Of a stretch of DNA of 64,000 bases, positions 49,114 through 63,552 are shown in pieces. Under the pieces are notes generated by a model that was not told the origin of the DNA, searched no databases, and was given only the letters and a program-made list of their open reading frames with translations. Both the position numbers and the translations under genes were made by a program. The DNA is from Octopus sinensis (Eukaryota). Each line of letters begins with the position of its first letter. Position 1 is the stretch's first letter. Location: assembly GCF_006345805.1 (NCBI RefSeq), contig NC_043012.1:34782001-34846000 (forward strand), written 5' to 3'.

Positions 49114-49580
49114 GGCGGCGAGCTGGCAGAATCGTTAGCACACCTGGCGAAATGCGTAGCCGTATTTCGTCTGCTGTTACGTTCTGAGTTCAAATTCCGC
49201 CGAGGTCGACTTTGCCTTTCATCCTTTCGGGGTCGATTAAATAAGTACCAGTTACACACTGGGGTCGATATAATCGACTTAATCCGTTTGTCTGTCCTTG
49301 TTTGTCCTCTCTGTGTTTAGCCCCTTGTGGGTAGTAAAGAAATAAATATTAATGTATTGAATGCAATGTAGCGTTTATTTCAATATTTCTCAGTTTCAAG
49401 GCGGCGAAATGGCAGAATCGATAGCACACCTGGCGAAATGTGTTCTGAGTTCAAATTCTGCCGAAATCAACTTTGCTTTTTTCATCCTTTCTGGGTCGAC
49501 AAAATAAGTACTAGTTGATCCCTGCGGTCGATGTAATCGACTTAGCTCCTTCCTCCAAATTGCTGACCTTGTTCCAAAGT
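49114..49580 (+). mobile_element. Young family C SINE followed by an older diverged copy
   Basis: 49114-49344 near consensus; 49403-49580 degenerate. Confidence 0.85.
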
Positions 49581-49677
49581 TTGAAACCCGAATGCTTCAG
49601 TTTCATGAGTAAATTCAATCGAAGATTATATTGTTTTTAAAACTCCCCCTCCTCTTCGAAGTATTTTTAATTATCAT

Positions 49678-49911
49678 ACCTATTTCTTTACTACCCACAA
49701 GGGGCTAAACACAGAGAGGACAAACAAGGACAGACAAACGGATTAAGTCGATTACATCGACCCCAGTGCGTAACTGGTACTTAATTTATCGACCCCGAAA
49801 GGATGAAAGGCAAAGTCGACCTCGGCGGAATTTGAACCCAGACCGTAATGGCAGACAAAATACGGCTACGCATTTCGCCCGGTGTGCTAACGTTTCTGCC
49901 AGCTCGCCGCC
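49678..49911 (-). mobile_element. Family C SINE
   Basis: Reverse complement of the consensus. Confidence 0.9.
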
Positions 49912-50395
49912 ATATTTTTTGGTATGATAATTTTTAATTATCATACCATTCACATCTAAGATGCTTCATAGAATTATTAAATTGTTCAGAGTAGATGATT
50001 GGTTCTTTATTTTAAAAGCAAAGTTGACCTCGGCACCATTTGAATTCAGAACGTAAAAGAGGAGCTGTTAAATGGCCCTGGCGTTTTGGGCAGCGCCCTA
50101 ACCATTCTGTCATCCACGCCTCAGTAGAACGAAATGGGTTTCTTTAATTAGATTGAGATGAAGAAGTAGAAAAGGAAGGAGGTAGATTAGGAAGAAGTGA
50201 GGGATTAAAATGAGTGGGAAGAAGAAGGAAGGAAAATATATAACTTTGTTAATAAAGCAGGAGAAGAAGGGAGATATAGTCTGAAAGATGACAACGAAAA
50301 GTTCTACAGCGCGGATCGTTAAAAGAGACCGAGCACGGGGAAGATTAATTGTAAGTATAAATGTGAGAGGAAGGTGTTGGGGAAAAGAAATGGGG

Positions 50396-50445
<50 letters not shown>

Positions 50446-50959
50446 GCAAGTAGAGAAATAGTGAGGGAAAGGTGAGAGAACGAAGCAATTTATGAAAGAA
50501 AATAAGATAAAAAAAAACTAAAGAGAAAGAGAATACAGCAAATACTGACGAAGGTCGAGAGATAGATAGATAGATAGAGAGAGGGGAGAGAGAGGGAGAG
50601 ATAGAGAGAGAGAGAGAGAGAAATACAATGAAGGAAAGAACAAGACAGGAAGAGAGATAGAGATGAAAAAGAAAGAGAATAGAAAGATAATAAAGCGAGA
50701 GGTGTAGAGAAAGAGATTGACTTATCTTTGTGAAAGCAAAAATAACTGCAGAAAATAGATGTAGTCTTTGTGAGGTCTTAAAGTGCAAGAAATGTTCAGC
50801 AGCGACTCCATGGAAACATGTCAAGCAGTTTCTTTCCATAATATCCTTTTATGCAGTTGTCAGCCATGTTGTCTACATATTTGTTTCCACCAAGTGTGAG
50901 TTTTTTTGGCGGGACGATGACATCTGTGTAGGTTAATAATATTATATTCAGGAACCAAA

Positions 50960-51373
50960 GGCGGGCGAGCTGGCAGAAACGTTAGCACGCCGGGCGAAAT
51001 GAGTAGCCGTATTTCGTCTGCCGTTACGTTCTGAGTTCAAATTCCGCCGAGGTCGACTTTGCCTTTCATCCTTTCGGGGTCGATAAATTAAGTACCAGTT
51101 ACGCACTGGGGTCGATATAATCGACTTAATCCCTTTGTCTGTCCTTGTTTGTCCCCTCTATGTTTAGCCCCTTGTGGGTAATAAAGAAATAGGTATTTCG
51201 TCTACCGTTACGTTCTGAATTCAAATTCCGCCGAGGTCGACTTTGCCTTTCATCCTTTCGGGGTCGATAAATTAAGTACCAGTTACGCACTGAGGTCGAT
51301 GTAATCGACTTAATCCGTTTGTCTGTCCTTGTTTCTCCCCTCTATGTTTAGCCCCTTGTGGGTAATAAAGAAA
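50960..51373 (+). mobile_element. Family C SINE dimer
   Basis: Junction aaagaaatagg-tatttcgtct at 51193/51194. Confidence 0.92.
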
Positions 51374-51957
51374 CATAAATTATGGGACCAGATGGTTGGA
51401 ATAACTCAGTTCAGAAACAGTTAGCTATGAATTTAAATCTTCCTGGTTCAATCCCGGATTTCAGCATGCTGGTGAAGTCTTGCTTTCTCCTTGAAATTAC
51501 AGCTAATTGTAAATCCTCCAGTTTTGGTTATATTCTTATATACGCACCTAACGACACATGATCATAATTATAAAGAATCAAATCATATTCTGGTTGTTGG
51601 ATTCTATAAATACTGTCGTGAAAGTTTTATCTAACTTACATCGTAGAATGATAAAATGTTTGTCGGATTGGCTATGATGAAGTGAGAGGTAGACGTAAGA
51701 AGCTGCCTCCCTAAATACAAAATACCCAACAATAAAATGGTTTGTATTTCCACATATTTACTATCTCACGCAGTTGTATTTACATTTGTGCAATAAATTA
51801 ATTGTATTGTAAACATAAGTGTTAGCGAATATGTGATATTCAAAAGTTTACATTGCGTAAGAGAGGAATATTTTTTCAGTTAATACTGTTAGATTGGACA
51901 TAGTTATTATAAATAGAACCAGACAAATGATTATATGAAAAGATATTTGCATACTTG

Positions 51958-52045
51958 CAAGTATGTATGTATGTATGTATGTATGTATGTATGTATGTAT
52001 GTATGTATGTATGTATGTATGTATGTGTTTGTGTATGTATGTATG

Positions 52046-52076
<31 letters not shown>

Positions 52077-52165
52077 GTATGTATGTATGTATGTATGTAT
52101 GTATGTATGTACGTATGTATGTATGTATGTATGTATGTATGTACGTATGTATGTATGCATGTATG

Positions 52166-52196
<31 letters not shown>

Positions 52197-52277
52197 GTAT
52201 GTATGTACGTATGTATGTATGTATGTAAGTATGTATGTATGTACGTATGTATGTATGCATGTATGTATGTATGTATG

Positions 52278-52308
<31 letters not shown>

Positions 52309-52397
52309 GTATGTATGTATGTATGTATGTATGTACGTATGTATGTATGTATGTAAGTATGTATGTATGTACGTATGTATGTATGCATGTATGTATG

Positions 52398-52428
<31 letters not shown>

Positions 52429-52568
52429 GTATGTATGTATGTATGTATGTATGTATGTACGTATGTATGTATGTATGTATGTATGTATGTATGTACGTAT
52501 GTATGTATGCATGTATGTATGTATGTATGTATGTATGTATGATGTATGTATGTAAGTATGTATGTATG

Positions 52569-52599
<31 letters not shown>

Positions 52600-52870
52600 G
52601 TATGTATGTATGTACGTATGTATGTATGCATGTATGTATGTATGTATGTATGTATGTATATAAGTATGTATGTATGCATATATGTATGTATGTATGTACG
52701 TATGTATGTATGCATGTATGTATGTATGTATGTATGTATGTATGTATGTATGTATGTGTGTGTGTATGTATGCAAGTATGTATGAATGTATGTATGTGTA
52801 TGTATGTGTGTGCGAGTGTGCGCGCGCACGCGCGCGTGTGTGTGTGTGTGTGTATGTGTGTGTGTGTGTG
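51958..52870. repeat. About 800 bp (ATGT)n satellite followed by (TG)n
   Basis: Visible; the 193-345 aa ORFs here are repeat translations. Confidence 0.95.
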
Positions 52871-53421
52871 TAAGTATGCGGGCATTACAATGTAAAGTTG
52901 ATTAGTTTTTGATGATCATTATATACAAAGCATATTATGCAAAACAAGAAGGAGATGGAAAGAGCTTTCATGGGACTGAGCGAAAGCATTTCGTGTAGCA
53001 CCGGTCTTAGGTGATTCTCGCTTGGAGTTCAATACTCCAGTTTTTATAAACTTGAGCAAAGCTTCTAGAACTTTCGGAAAATACTTTTGGTGGGAATTTC
53101 ACACAACTTTCTTTTTAGCTTACCGCCTTATTGGTTATATGTCAGACAATACTGATTGGTCGCAAAATGTTCACGCTGGCGTTCATGCCTTTCAGTTTCA
53201 AAAGGGTCCTAGTTTTTGATCGAGACGGTTTGAATCTAAGTAGAAGCCTCGCTACAAACCATTATCTGTATAAATACGAAGGCACTTTCACTCCCCCCTT
53301 CTTCCCCCTCTCTCTCTTTCTCTCACTCTTTTTTTCCTCTCTCATTTCTTTGTGCCTCTGTCTTCTTAATGTAAAAAAGTTGTGAGCTTGAATTCATCAA
53401 CCAATCAATTTTTATTTATTT

Positions 53422-53851
53422 GGATATTTTCGGTTTGACCGGCAGTTTTTTAAAAATAATTTCCACGTAACTAAACACTTTTAAACTTCGTATACTGCTT
53501 TATTGAGAAAATTTTATAGTTTGTAAGATATTTGTTGATTTTTTTCTTCAATTTCTGCAATTTCAACCAATCAATGACGTCTATTGAGGTGAAAACATTC
53601 TGTGCCGTATGAATATGTCTCTCGTTTAAGAAACAGATTGGGTTTATTTACATTTCTGAAGAAAAAAAGATACCCTTCCCCCCACCCCTAACCCTAACCC
53701 TAACTAACCCTAACACTAACCCTAACTCTAACCCTAACCCTAACCTTAAAACAGATTGAAATGTAATAGATCGATACTAGGGTCATAATTATGGGTGACA
53801 ATTTCATATGACACCGCTAGAAAAAAACTGCCGTTCAAACCGAAAAGATCC
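53422..53851. mobile_element. MITE with telomeric-repeat core (GG..CC, 8 bp TSD)
   Basis: TIR GGAT(A/C)TTTTCGGTTTGA..GGCAGTTTTT; TSD ATTTATTT; (TAACCC)n at about 53688-53747. Confidence 0.9.
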
Positions 53852-54750
53852 ATTTATTTTACTGTCAGGGCAGTAACATGCGATAAACTCCCAAAAACCA
53901 AACATGTCTGGTTTTCTTGAAATACCGAAACGAAAACGAAATATTGTTTACTAGAGATGTAGAACTGCTGAAGTTGCCCTCATAGAAAGTCCATAATTTC
54001 CTCTGACTCGTATAATGTCATTATAGCTTACAATTAATGCTTTTTTTTCATGTTGTTTTTAATTAAACACTTCTAACTTGTCTAAATGGTCTTTAATTTC
54101 CTTGAAACACTCCTAATTTTAATGGAAATTATTTTCCTCCCAATAGTAAGCAATATTTCATTTTCATTTCAGCATTTCAAATAAACCATGGTGATTTTAT
54201 ACATTCCAAATGTCTTCGAAATTACGTCGTAATTCTCCACATTTATCATTATTGACAGTATACAACCATTCTATCGCCCCACCACCGTACATATCTCTAT
54301 GAGAGATTTAGAAATTTAATATTTCTGATTTCAGTAAGTGAATTTTACAGAAACAAATAATTAGCTGTACTGAAGGTACGAAACACTTCAAACCAGTGGC
54401 TTTCAACTGTTTCTGCTCGACATCCGCTTTTCATCCTGTAAACATTATCAGCGTGCCCAAAGATGAAGCAGTTTTTTTTCTCATATCTGTTTTAATCTGC
54501 TATGGGAAAGTTAGAAGTGAAGGTTCAAATCTAGCAAAAAGAATCAATGAAATTCTCGACAATTTCCTTAAAGAAATGTGAAGTTAAGTTGTTGATCTAT
54601 AACAAGAAGTAAGGAAAGGAAAACTTAAAAAAAAAAAATAGTGTAACTGCTTAAGTGAAACAGCTCTGACAAGGAATCGAAACTAGAACGTAGTTTTGGT
54701 TTACAGAGAAATTAAGGTGACAATTTCACTTACGTTGCTTATGTCTTTGA

Positions 54751-55172
54751 AAATACCTATTTCTTTACTACCCACAAGGGGCTAAACATAGAGGAGACAA
54801 ACAAGGACAGACAAACGGATTAAGTCGATTACATCGAGCCCAGTGCGTAACTGGTACTTAATTTATCGACCCCGAAAGGACGAAAGGCAAAGTCGACCTC
54901 GGCGGAATTTGAACTCAGAACGTAACGGCAGACGAAATATCTATTTCTTTATTACCCACAAGGGGCTAAACACAGAGGGGACAAACAAGGACAGACAAAC
55001 GGATTAAGTCGATTACATCGACCCCAGTGCGTCACTGGTACTTAATTTATCGACCCCGAATGGACGAAAGGCAAAGTCGACCTCGGCGGAATTTGAACTC
55101 AGAACGTAACGGCAGACGAAATACGGCTACGCATTTCGCCCGGCGTGCTAACGTTTCTGCCAGCTCGCCGCC
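54751..55172 (-). mobile_element. Family C SINE dimer
   Basis: Same junction as the other two dimers (one substitution). Confidence 0.92.
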
Positions 55173-56647
55173 TTCAAATGTCTTTGACAATATCATGAAC
55201 GTCATAACATCCACCATATATCTGAGACACTGTGCTAAATTAGAAAATTCATTTTCGGTGTTTTGTTTCTCGTTTTCAATATTCTTTTCTATTTAGCGCG
55301 AGTATAAGTTGTCAAATTTGTGGTTCAAATGTTCAATTCATCTTAGATTTCTTGTAATTTCTCTGTGCTGACGTCAATTGAAATAGATCTATTTGGCTCT
55401 GGTTCTGTGTGGTGTATTGATATAGATGTTTCTACCCAAAGTATTGTCATGTGTGTGGGTTGTCCTACGTAACAGTTCAGTTACTGAGAACTACAGATGT
55501 GGTCATATACTGTTATCGCAGATGTTTATTTGAACATTGAGGATGTTTAGATAGATACATACAATTCTCATAAAGAGATCACCTTGTTCGTAATGACTTG
55601 ATGAAGATTTTTTGAACACTATAGTATTGTGTCCATATTTAGGTCCTGCACAAACTACATGCCCAGTCTTATTCGTCACAACACCAGCTCTGTTTATGCT
55701 TTTACTGTAGCTATGAATTTGCGGGTATTCAAGGGGTATATTAACTGCGTCAATGTCGCACATCTCAGAGAACCTTCGAAGGCAATGCCATTGTCCTTTA
55801 CGCTATACCAAAACCAATGAACAGAAAACCTTGCGGGGTTTGGTTGTGGTGTTCTACATTCTGTGTTCGAATCGCTCTGTGCTCGACCTTGACATCCCTC
55901 CTTCTGGAGTCAATATAATAAAACTATAGCCTTAACTCTAAAATTGGTGACCTTGTATTTGTGAGAAATCGTTATTATTATCTGGAATGTGAGTAACAGA
56001 ACTTCTAGGGCACCGTACAAAATACTTTGTAGTATTTAGTTACATCTATTTACGTTCCTTGTTGAATTTCTGTCGATGTCACTTTTGTGTTTCACCGTTC
56101 TCGGATCGACAAAATATGTATGACATATTAAATCTACAACAACTTTCCTCCAAAAATGTTTGGCTTCGTACTAAATTAAGCAACCATTACGAGGTGTAAA
56201 ACGGTGTAAAATGCATTTTACACCGTTTATTCCTTTGGAGTTTCGAAGACAACATGGTTTTATTCCAAAGGAATAAAACCCTATTGTCTTCGAAACATAT
56301 GTCGAAAGTAAAAGAATTTTATTAACATCTTCGTTCAACTCCATTTATTTATTTATTCATATATAACACACAAATTACTGCACATTAACCCGGAGTTTCT
56401 ACCTTTGGATAGGTCGCTTCAACCGTGTTTCTGACGTGAATTTGCTACCCTGGTAACGGTTCATTGAATTTTCCATGTTAACGGTAAACATAGGATAATT
56501 CATTCACCCATTGAAATATATATATATATATATACCGGAGTAAACACATAAATGTGAAACAAGGTGGAAAAAAGAGTACTCAAATACCAGTGGTAGAGTA
56601 ATATGCTTTATTTTAAGCAGCAGAAAATTCAACAAAATCTGTTACTC

Positions 56648-56680
56648 TGAGTTTCTCGTTGCCGTTCATCAGACAGTTTT
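56648..56680 (-). ncRNA. Hammerhead motif in the inverted pseudo-LTR
   Basis: Reverse complement of the 59101-59147 motif (approximate core coordinates). Confidence 0.65.
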
Positions 56681-59100
56681 TGCTAGAATGGAACCGAAAT
56701 ATCAATTCAATTTATACTCTTACAAACGCTACACCTTTAAAAAGAAATGGACTTGTTTGATTGGCCCTTTAGAAAAAACGGTCAATCTTCGAGCGATAAA
56801 CAAAAGGTCAAAAATATATGTATATATATATATAAAAAACTTATAAAAATTATAAAATCCGAGGAAAAAACCTTACATTGAATAAAATACATATTGACGT
56901 TAATGAAGAAAGTGCAAATTAATGCATAGAAATTAAACCTGTTATAAATATTACACTGCAATACATATTTATATTAAAATCTACATATATATATCAACAT
57001 ACACAAAATTATGCGTGCAAACGCCATACATATACAGACGTATGAATATAAATCTAAATATACACATAAAAGCATGTGTACATATATTCACGCAAAATTT
57101 TTTAGACGTAAATTTTAATGTAGGATCGGATAGATTTAAACCTTTCCGTAAGCCCAATGAAAAGCTATCGTATATTAGCAAAGATTCGAACCATCCACCA
57201 GTTATCCTTAGAAACTTAGTCAGCAATGTAGGTAGAAGAATATCTTCAATTTCTTCGGACGAGGCAGCATTCCATAATGCTGCACCTTATTACGATAGCG
57301 CATTAGAGAATAGTGGATTCTCTGAGAAGATCCAGTTCAACCAGCTTAATGCTGATAATAATGCTGCACGAAGAACTAGGACCAGGAAAGTTTTGTGGTT
57401 CAACCCGGCTTTCAATTTGGCCGTAAAGACTAATATAGGTAAGGAATTTTTGAGATCAGTCTCTAAGCATTTTAAGCAGGGTCATAAATTCTATAGGATA
57501 TTTAACAGAAGAACCCTGAAGGTTAGCTATTCTTGTTGCAGAAATTTCGCCTCTTACATTAGCCAACATAATAGGAAGCTAATTGAGATTAGACATGGTG
57601 CCGAGACCATTAAGAAATGTAATTTCAAAAACGAAAGCTCCTGTCCGTTAGAAGGGAAATGTCTGGTGAAAGGAGTAGTTTATAGAGCCAAGGTGCAAGT
57701 GGAAGGCTCATCGGAATACAAGACACACAGGGGCTTCAGAAAATTCATTTAAAACAAGATTTTATTCTCATAAAAATTCATTTAAATACCCAGAGAATAG
57801 GAAGAAAACCAGCCTAGCAAAATATGTCTGGGAACTAAAAGAAAAGGAAGCCCCACCTTTCAACGTGACATGGAGCATTCTGGACAGGGCGGCACCATAC
57901 AGGCATGGAGCTTACAAAAATAATTTCAAGTGCAAGCTTTGTCTATTAGAAAAAATGTACATCTTATTCAAAGACAATAATTCTTTGAATCAAAGAAGCG
58001 AGCTAATGAACTTATGTAGGCACGCGGCTAAATTTAAAATGTCGAATATAAATATACCATATGGATAGAGTATATATTTTGTATTTTTGATTTTGATTTT
58101 GACTCTTGAACGATGAGCGCTACGATGGATTTTGTTTCCAGGCTATGCGGATCTTATATATTAGGAAAAACCTCCAACTTTGTTTTCATGTTATTGTATT
58201 ATATAGGATTACCTTGATTATTTATATTACCTTAATTATTTATAAATGACCCAAAATAGGATGTTATATTTTATTTTATATGTCTTTCGTATATATTTTT
58301 ATTAATGCACCCATTTTTTAAAAAAAAAGCAATGTTTTTTTAAAAAAAGCAATGTTGTCAAAATTAGAATGTTGATATAAGTATGTGCATAGCAAAGCAT
58401 ATGTATTTGTAAGCATGCGTATCTGTGTATGTGTAAGTGAAAGTATGTTTGTGCTTAAGCACACATATACACGACTGTATCCATTCAAACTTATGTATGT
58501 ATACTTGTCTCCATATATGCCATAATGCCGTTACACTGCTTGTATACATAATTTTTTCTTATTTCGTTTTTTTCCCTACACCTCCTTCGTTCCTTTTTCT
58601 CTCTCTTCCTTTCTTTCGTTCCCCCCCTTACTCAGTATATGAGAATCGCTACATAGATCTTTTTTAACTTGCGTGCGAGATGGTTTTGCGTGAATATATG
58701 TACACATGCTTTTATGTGTATATTTAGATTTATATTCATACGTCTGTATATGTATGGCGTTTGCACGCATAATTTTGTGTATGTTGATATATATATGTAG
58801 ATTTTAATATAAATATGTATTGCAGTGTAATATTTATAACAGGTTTAATTTCTATGCATTAATTTGCACTTTCTTCATTAACGTCAATATGTATTTTATT
58901 CAATGTAAGGTTTTTTCCTCGGATTTTATAATTTTTATAAGTTTTTTATATATATATATACATATATTTTTGACCTTTTGTTTATCGCTCGAAGATTGAC
59001 CGTTTTTTCTAAAGGGCCAATCAAACAAGTCCATTTCTTTTTAAAGGTGTAGCGTTTGTAAGAGTATAAATTGAATTGATATATCGGTTCCATTCTAGCA

Positions 59101-59147
59101 AAAACTGTCTGATGAACGGCAACGAGAAACTCAGAGTAACAGATTTT
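59101..59147 (+). ncRNA. Minimal type I hammerhead ribozyme motif in the PLE pseudo-LTR
   Basis: AAAACTGT-CTGATGA-ACG GCAA CGA-GAA-ACTCAGAGT-A-ACAGATTTT: stem I CTGT/ACAG plus AAAA/TTTT, stem II with a GCAA tetraloop and an A.A mismatch, near-palindromic stem III, GUA triplet. Confidence 0.7.
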
Positions 59148-59506
59148 GTTGAATTTTCTGCTGCTTAAAATAAAGTATATATATATATATTTCAATGTTA
59201 TTATGATCATTATTCAGGTCACTGCCTGGAATCGAACTCGGAATCTTAGTGTTGTATGTATGTATGTATGTATGTATGTATGTATGTATGAAGGTATGTG
59301 CGTGTGTGTGAATATGTGTGAGCTTGCATCATCCACGAACACGTACAACCTTCCTATTTGATTACACTTTCCAATAGGCGTGAACACTACAAAAGTCACG
59401 ACTGCCATATTCAGTGTCGTCACGAAACACTGATCAGGGAATACAATCAGCTAATGGATATGCATGAAATAATCATCCGATAACAATAAAGTTTCTTTTT
59501 CACTTC

Positions 59507-59539
<33 letters not shown>

Positions 59540-59699
59540 TACACCTGGCGTAGTAGACCGGCAGTTTGACACTGTTCAGCCTCCATTTCACCAGTTGATT
59601 TATCAAGACATGTGACACGGGTTCTCTTCTTTCGGGTTTCTACTGATATAGCTGTTGGGGAACACCCAAAATATCTCTCAAACGGACAGCTTATGTTCC

Positions 59700-61050
<1,351 letters not shown>

Positions 61051-61593
61051 CATCTATCTTCCTCTCTTTTCTCTCTGTATTAATAGTCACTATCTATATA
61101 CCTATATCTACTCCCTCTTCTGTATCCAAACAAATTCCCCTTCTCTTCATCACTGTCTCTATATTCTCTTTCTTGTCTTTCGATCCTTGTTTCTTTTTCT
61201 TCCTCTCTTTCCCCATATTTCCTATTCTTTCTCACCACACAACAACATCCACCCACCCACTGTCATATCCACCCACCCACCTCCTCACCCATCTTAGTTC
61301 TCATCTTTTGCTCCTCCCCCTTTTCGTTTCTTTTTTTTTTCCCATTTTTTTTTTACCTCTGGTTTTGAATTCCCTTTAGCAAATCCTTGATCTACTGGAC
61401 AGGAAAACCTAAACCGTATTTGAAGAGATACGAAGCAGAGATGGAATGCAGGAGCCGAAAGTAATTGTTTTAAAGTAAAATTCCAATCCACTTGATTGTT
61501 TCATTTTGTTCAAGGTTGCATTGATGCCAAGTTATGCGAGGATCTGGAGTTAATATTCTGTAACATCTCCGTCTGATTTTTCCCACATCCTTT

Positions 61594-61665
<72 letters not shown>

Positions 61666-61858
61666 CATATATTTATAGACCCATTGAAGCTGCGTCTACC
61701 GCGGATGACTGGAGATGATATAATTGGTTGAAACAACGCCACACTATGAACATTTTGATCCCGGGCCAGGTCCATAAGCTGACTTGAACTCAGTACTGCA
61801 AATTACTGAAACGCATACTTATGTTGCACCCCTGTTGCGTGCAGCTGGCAGCTGGATC

Positions 61859-62286
61859 GGATCTTTTCGGTTTCAACGGCAGTTTTTGAAAATAATTTCC
61901 ACGTAACTAAACACTTTTAAACTTCGTATACTGGTAGAATGTGTTTATAAAACATCTTTTTCTCTTGGCTTTATTGAAAAAATTCTATAGTTTGTAAGGT
62001 ATTTGTAGTTGTTTTTTCTTAAGTTTCTGCAATTTCAACCAATCAATGACGTCTATTGGAGGTGAAAACATTCTGTGCCGTATGAATATGTCCCTCGTTT
62101 AAGAAACAGATTGGGTTTATTTACATTTCTGAAGAAAAAAAGATACCCTTCCTCCACCCCTAACCCTAACCCTAACTAACCCTAAAACAGATTGAAATGC
62201 AATAGATCGATACTAGAGTCATAATTATGGGTGACAATTTCATATGACACCGGTAGAAAAAACTGCCGTTCAAACCGAAAAGATCC
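61859..62286. mobile_element. Second copy of the telomeric-repeat MITE
   Basis: TIR GGATCTTTTCGGTTT; TSD GCTGGATC at 61851-61858 and 62287-62294; shorter (TAACCC)n. Confidence 0.92.
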
Positions 62287-62569
62287 GCTGGATCTTCATT
62301 TGCTGCCTGTTTACAGCAAAATGTACTAACCTAACCAGAGTTACATGTTTTGGTTAGTACACCAGTTCATATTAAGTAGCGTCCATGACAAGGTGCGAAT
62401 CTTGTCATGGACGCTACTTAGTAACAAGAACAACAGAAGCCGAAACAACAACAACGATAAGAATAACGGCAGCGTCAACATTTTTATGATGCTAGAACAG
62501 CAACAACAACAACAACGGTGGCAGCCATCTATCAAGAACCTCTTATAACATAATCGGCTGCAGAGAGGT

Positions 62570-62925
62570 GAAAAGCAGAAAGGAGAGGAGGAGGAGGAGG
62601 AGGAGAAGAAGAAGAAGAAGAAGAAGAAGAAGAAGAAGAAGAAGAAGAAGAAGAAGAAGAAGAAGAAGAAGAAGAAGAAGAAGAAGAAGAAGACGAAGAA
62701 GAAGAAGAAGAAGAAGGAGGGGAGGAGAAGGAGAAGAAGAAGAAGAAGGAGGAGGAGGGGGGGAGAAGGAGAAGAAGAAGAAGAAGTAGAAGACGAAGAA
62801 GAAGAAGAAGAAGGAGGAGGAGGAGGAGGAGGAGGCCAAGGAAGAGGAGAAGAAGAAGGAGGAGGAGGCTAAGGAAGAGGAGAAGAAGAAGAAGGAGGAG
62901 GAGGAGGACAAGGAGGAGAAGAGAA
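62570..62925. repeat. (GAA)n/(GGA)n polypurine tract
   Basis: Visible trinucleotide repeats. Confidence 0.95.
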
Positions 62926-63339
62926 GGAAGAGGGAATGACCCACGATGAATTGAAAGTCCTAAAATAGAGAGTAGTTGTTCTGATAAAATGTTTATTATT
63001 TATCAACAATAAACATTCTACAACAACAAGTATAGAGTAGAACCAGTACAGACAACCAGTACCAGAGGGAAAACCAGTAGATACAATAAATGGCATCAAG
63101 CAGTAAGCCGTTCAGACAGTCACCAGATAGCAATCCTTACGGCAACCGACTCCACACCACCCACCGCTACCACATAAACAACCGTCACAACACCATTACA
63201 ACAACAACAACGACAACAACCAGTAGTATACCAGCTACCACTGCACCGCCATAATTTGCAACACAACCACCAGCATAGCAGCCACCACCGCAATCACAAG
63301 CAATACCATAACACCGCAGCAGAACAAAGGCAGTTGTAC

Positions 63340-63552
63340 AGTCTTAGCACGCCGGGCGAAGTGCTTAGCAGTATTTCGTCTGCCGTTGCGTTCTGAGTTC
63401 AAATTCCGCCGAGGTCGACTTTGCCTTTCATCCTTTCAGGGTCGAATAAATTAGTACCAGTTACGCACTGGGGTCCATATAATCGACTTAATCCCTTTGT
63501 CTGTCCTTGTTTGTCCCCTCTGTGTTTAGCCCCATGTGGGTAGTAAAGAAAT
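63340..63552 (+). mobile_element. Family C SINE, slightly 5'-truncated
   Basis: ttagcacgccgggcgaa..gagttcaaattccgccgaggtcgac. Confidence 0.9.

Larger units (their letters stand above)
56535..59175 (+). mobile_element. Young 5'-truncated Penelope-like element with inverted pseudo-LTR; RT C-terminus plus GIY-YIG (57098-58068, one frameshift near 57727)
   Basis: FLDVNFN, SNHPP, VLWFNPAF, IFNRRTLKVSYSC, CPLEGKCLVKGVVY, FKTRFYSHKNSF, CKLCLLEK, LNQRSEL, CRH; 56606-57097 is the reverse complement of 58684-59175; (TA)n flanks. Confidence 0.93.

Noticed and set aside
51848-52895. ORFs of 193-345 aa
   Set aside because: Translations of (ATGT)n (HTYI/MYVC repeats); the same applies to ORFs at 22-557, 10478-10948, 21646-22188, 47039-47705, 59612-61379 and 62543-62944.
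55503-55820. 86 aa and 63 aa ORFs in non-repetitive sequence
   Set aside because: No recognisable motif, and the length is within chance expectation.
57015-57097. Apparent N-terminus of the 245 aa ORF
   Set aside because: It lies in the inverted pseudo-LTR; the true PLE frame starts at the truncation point near 57098.
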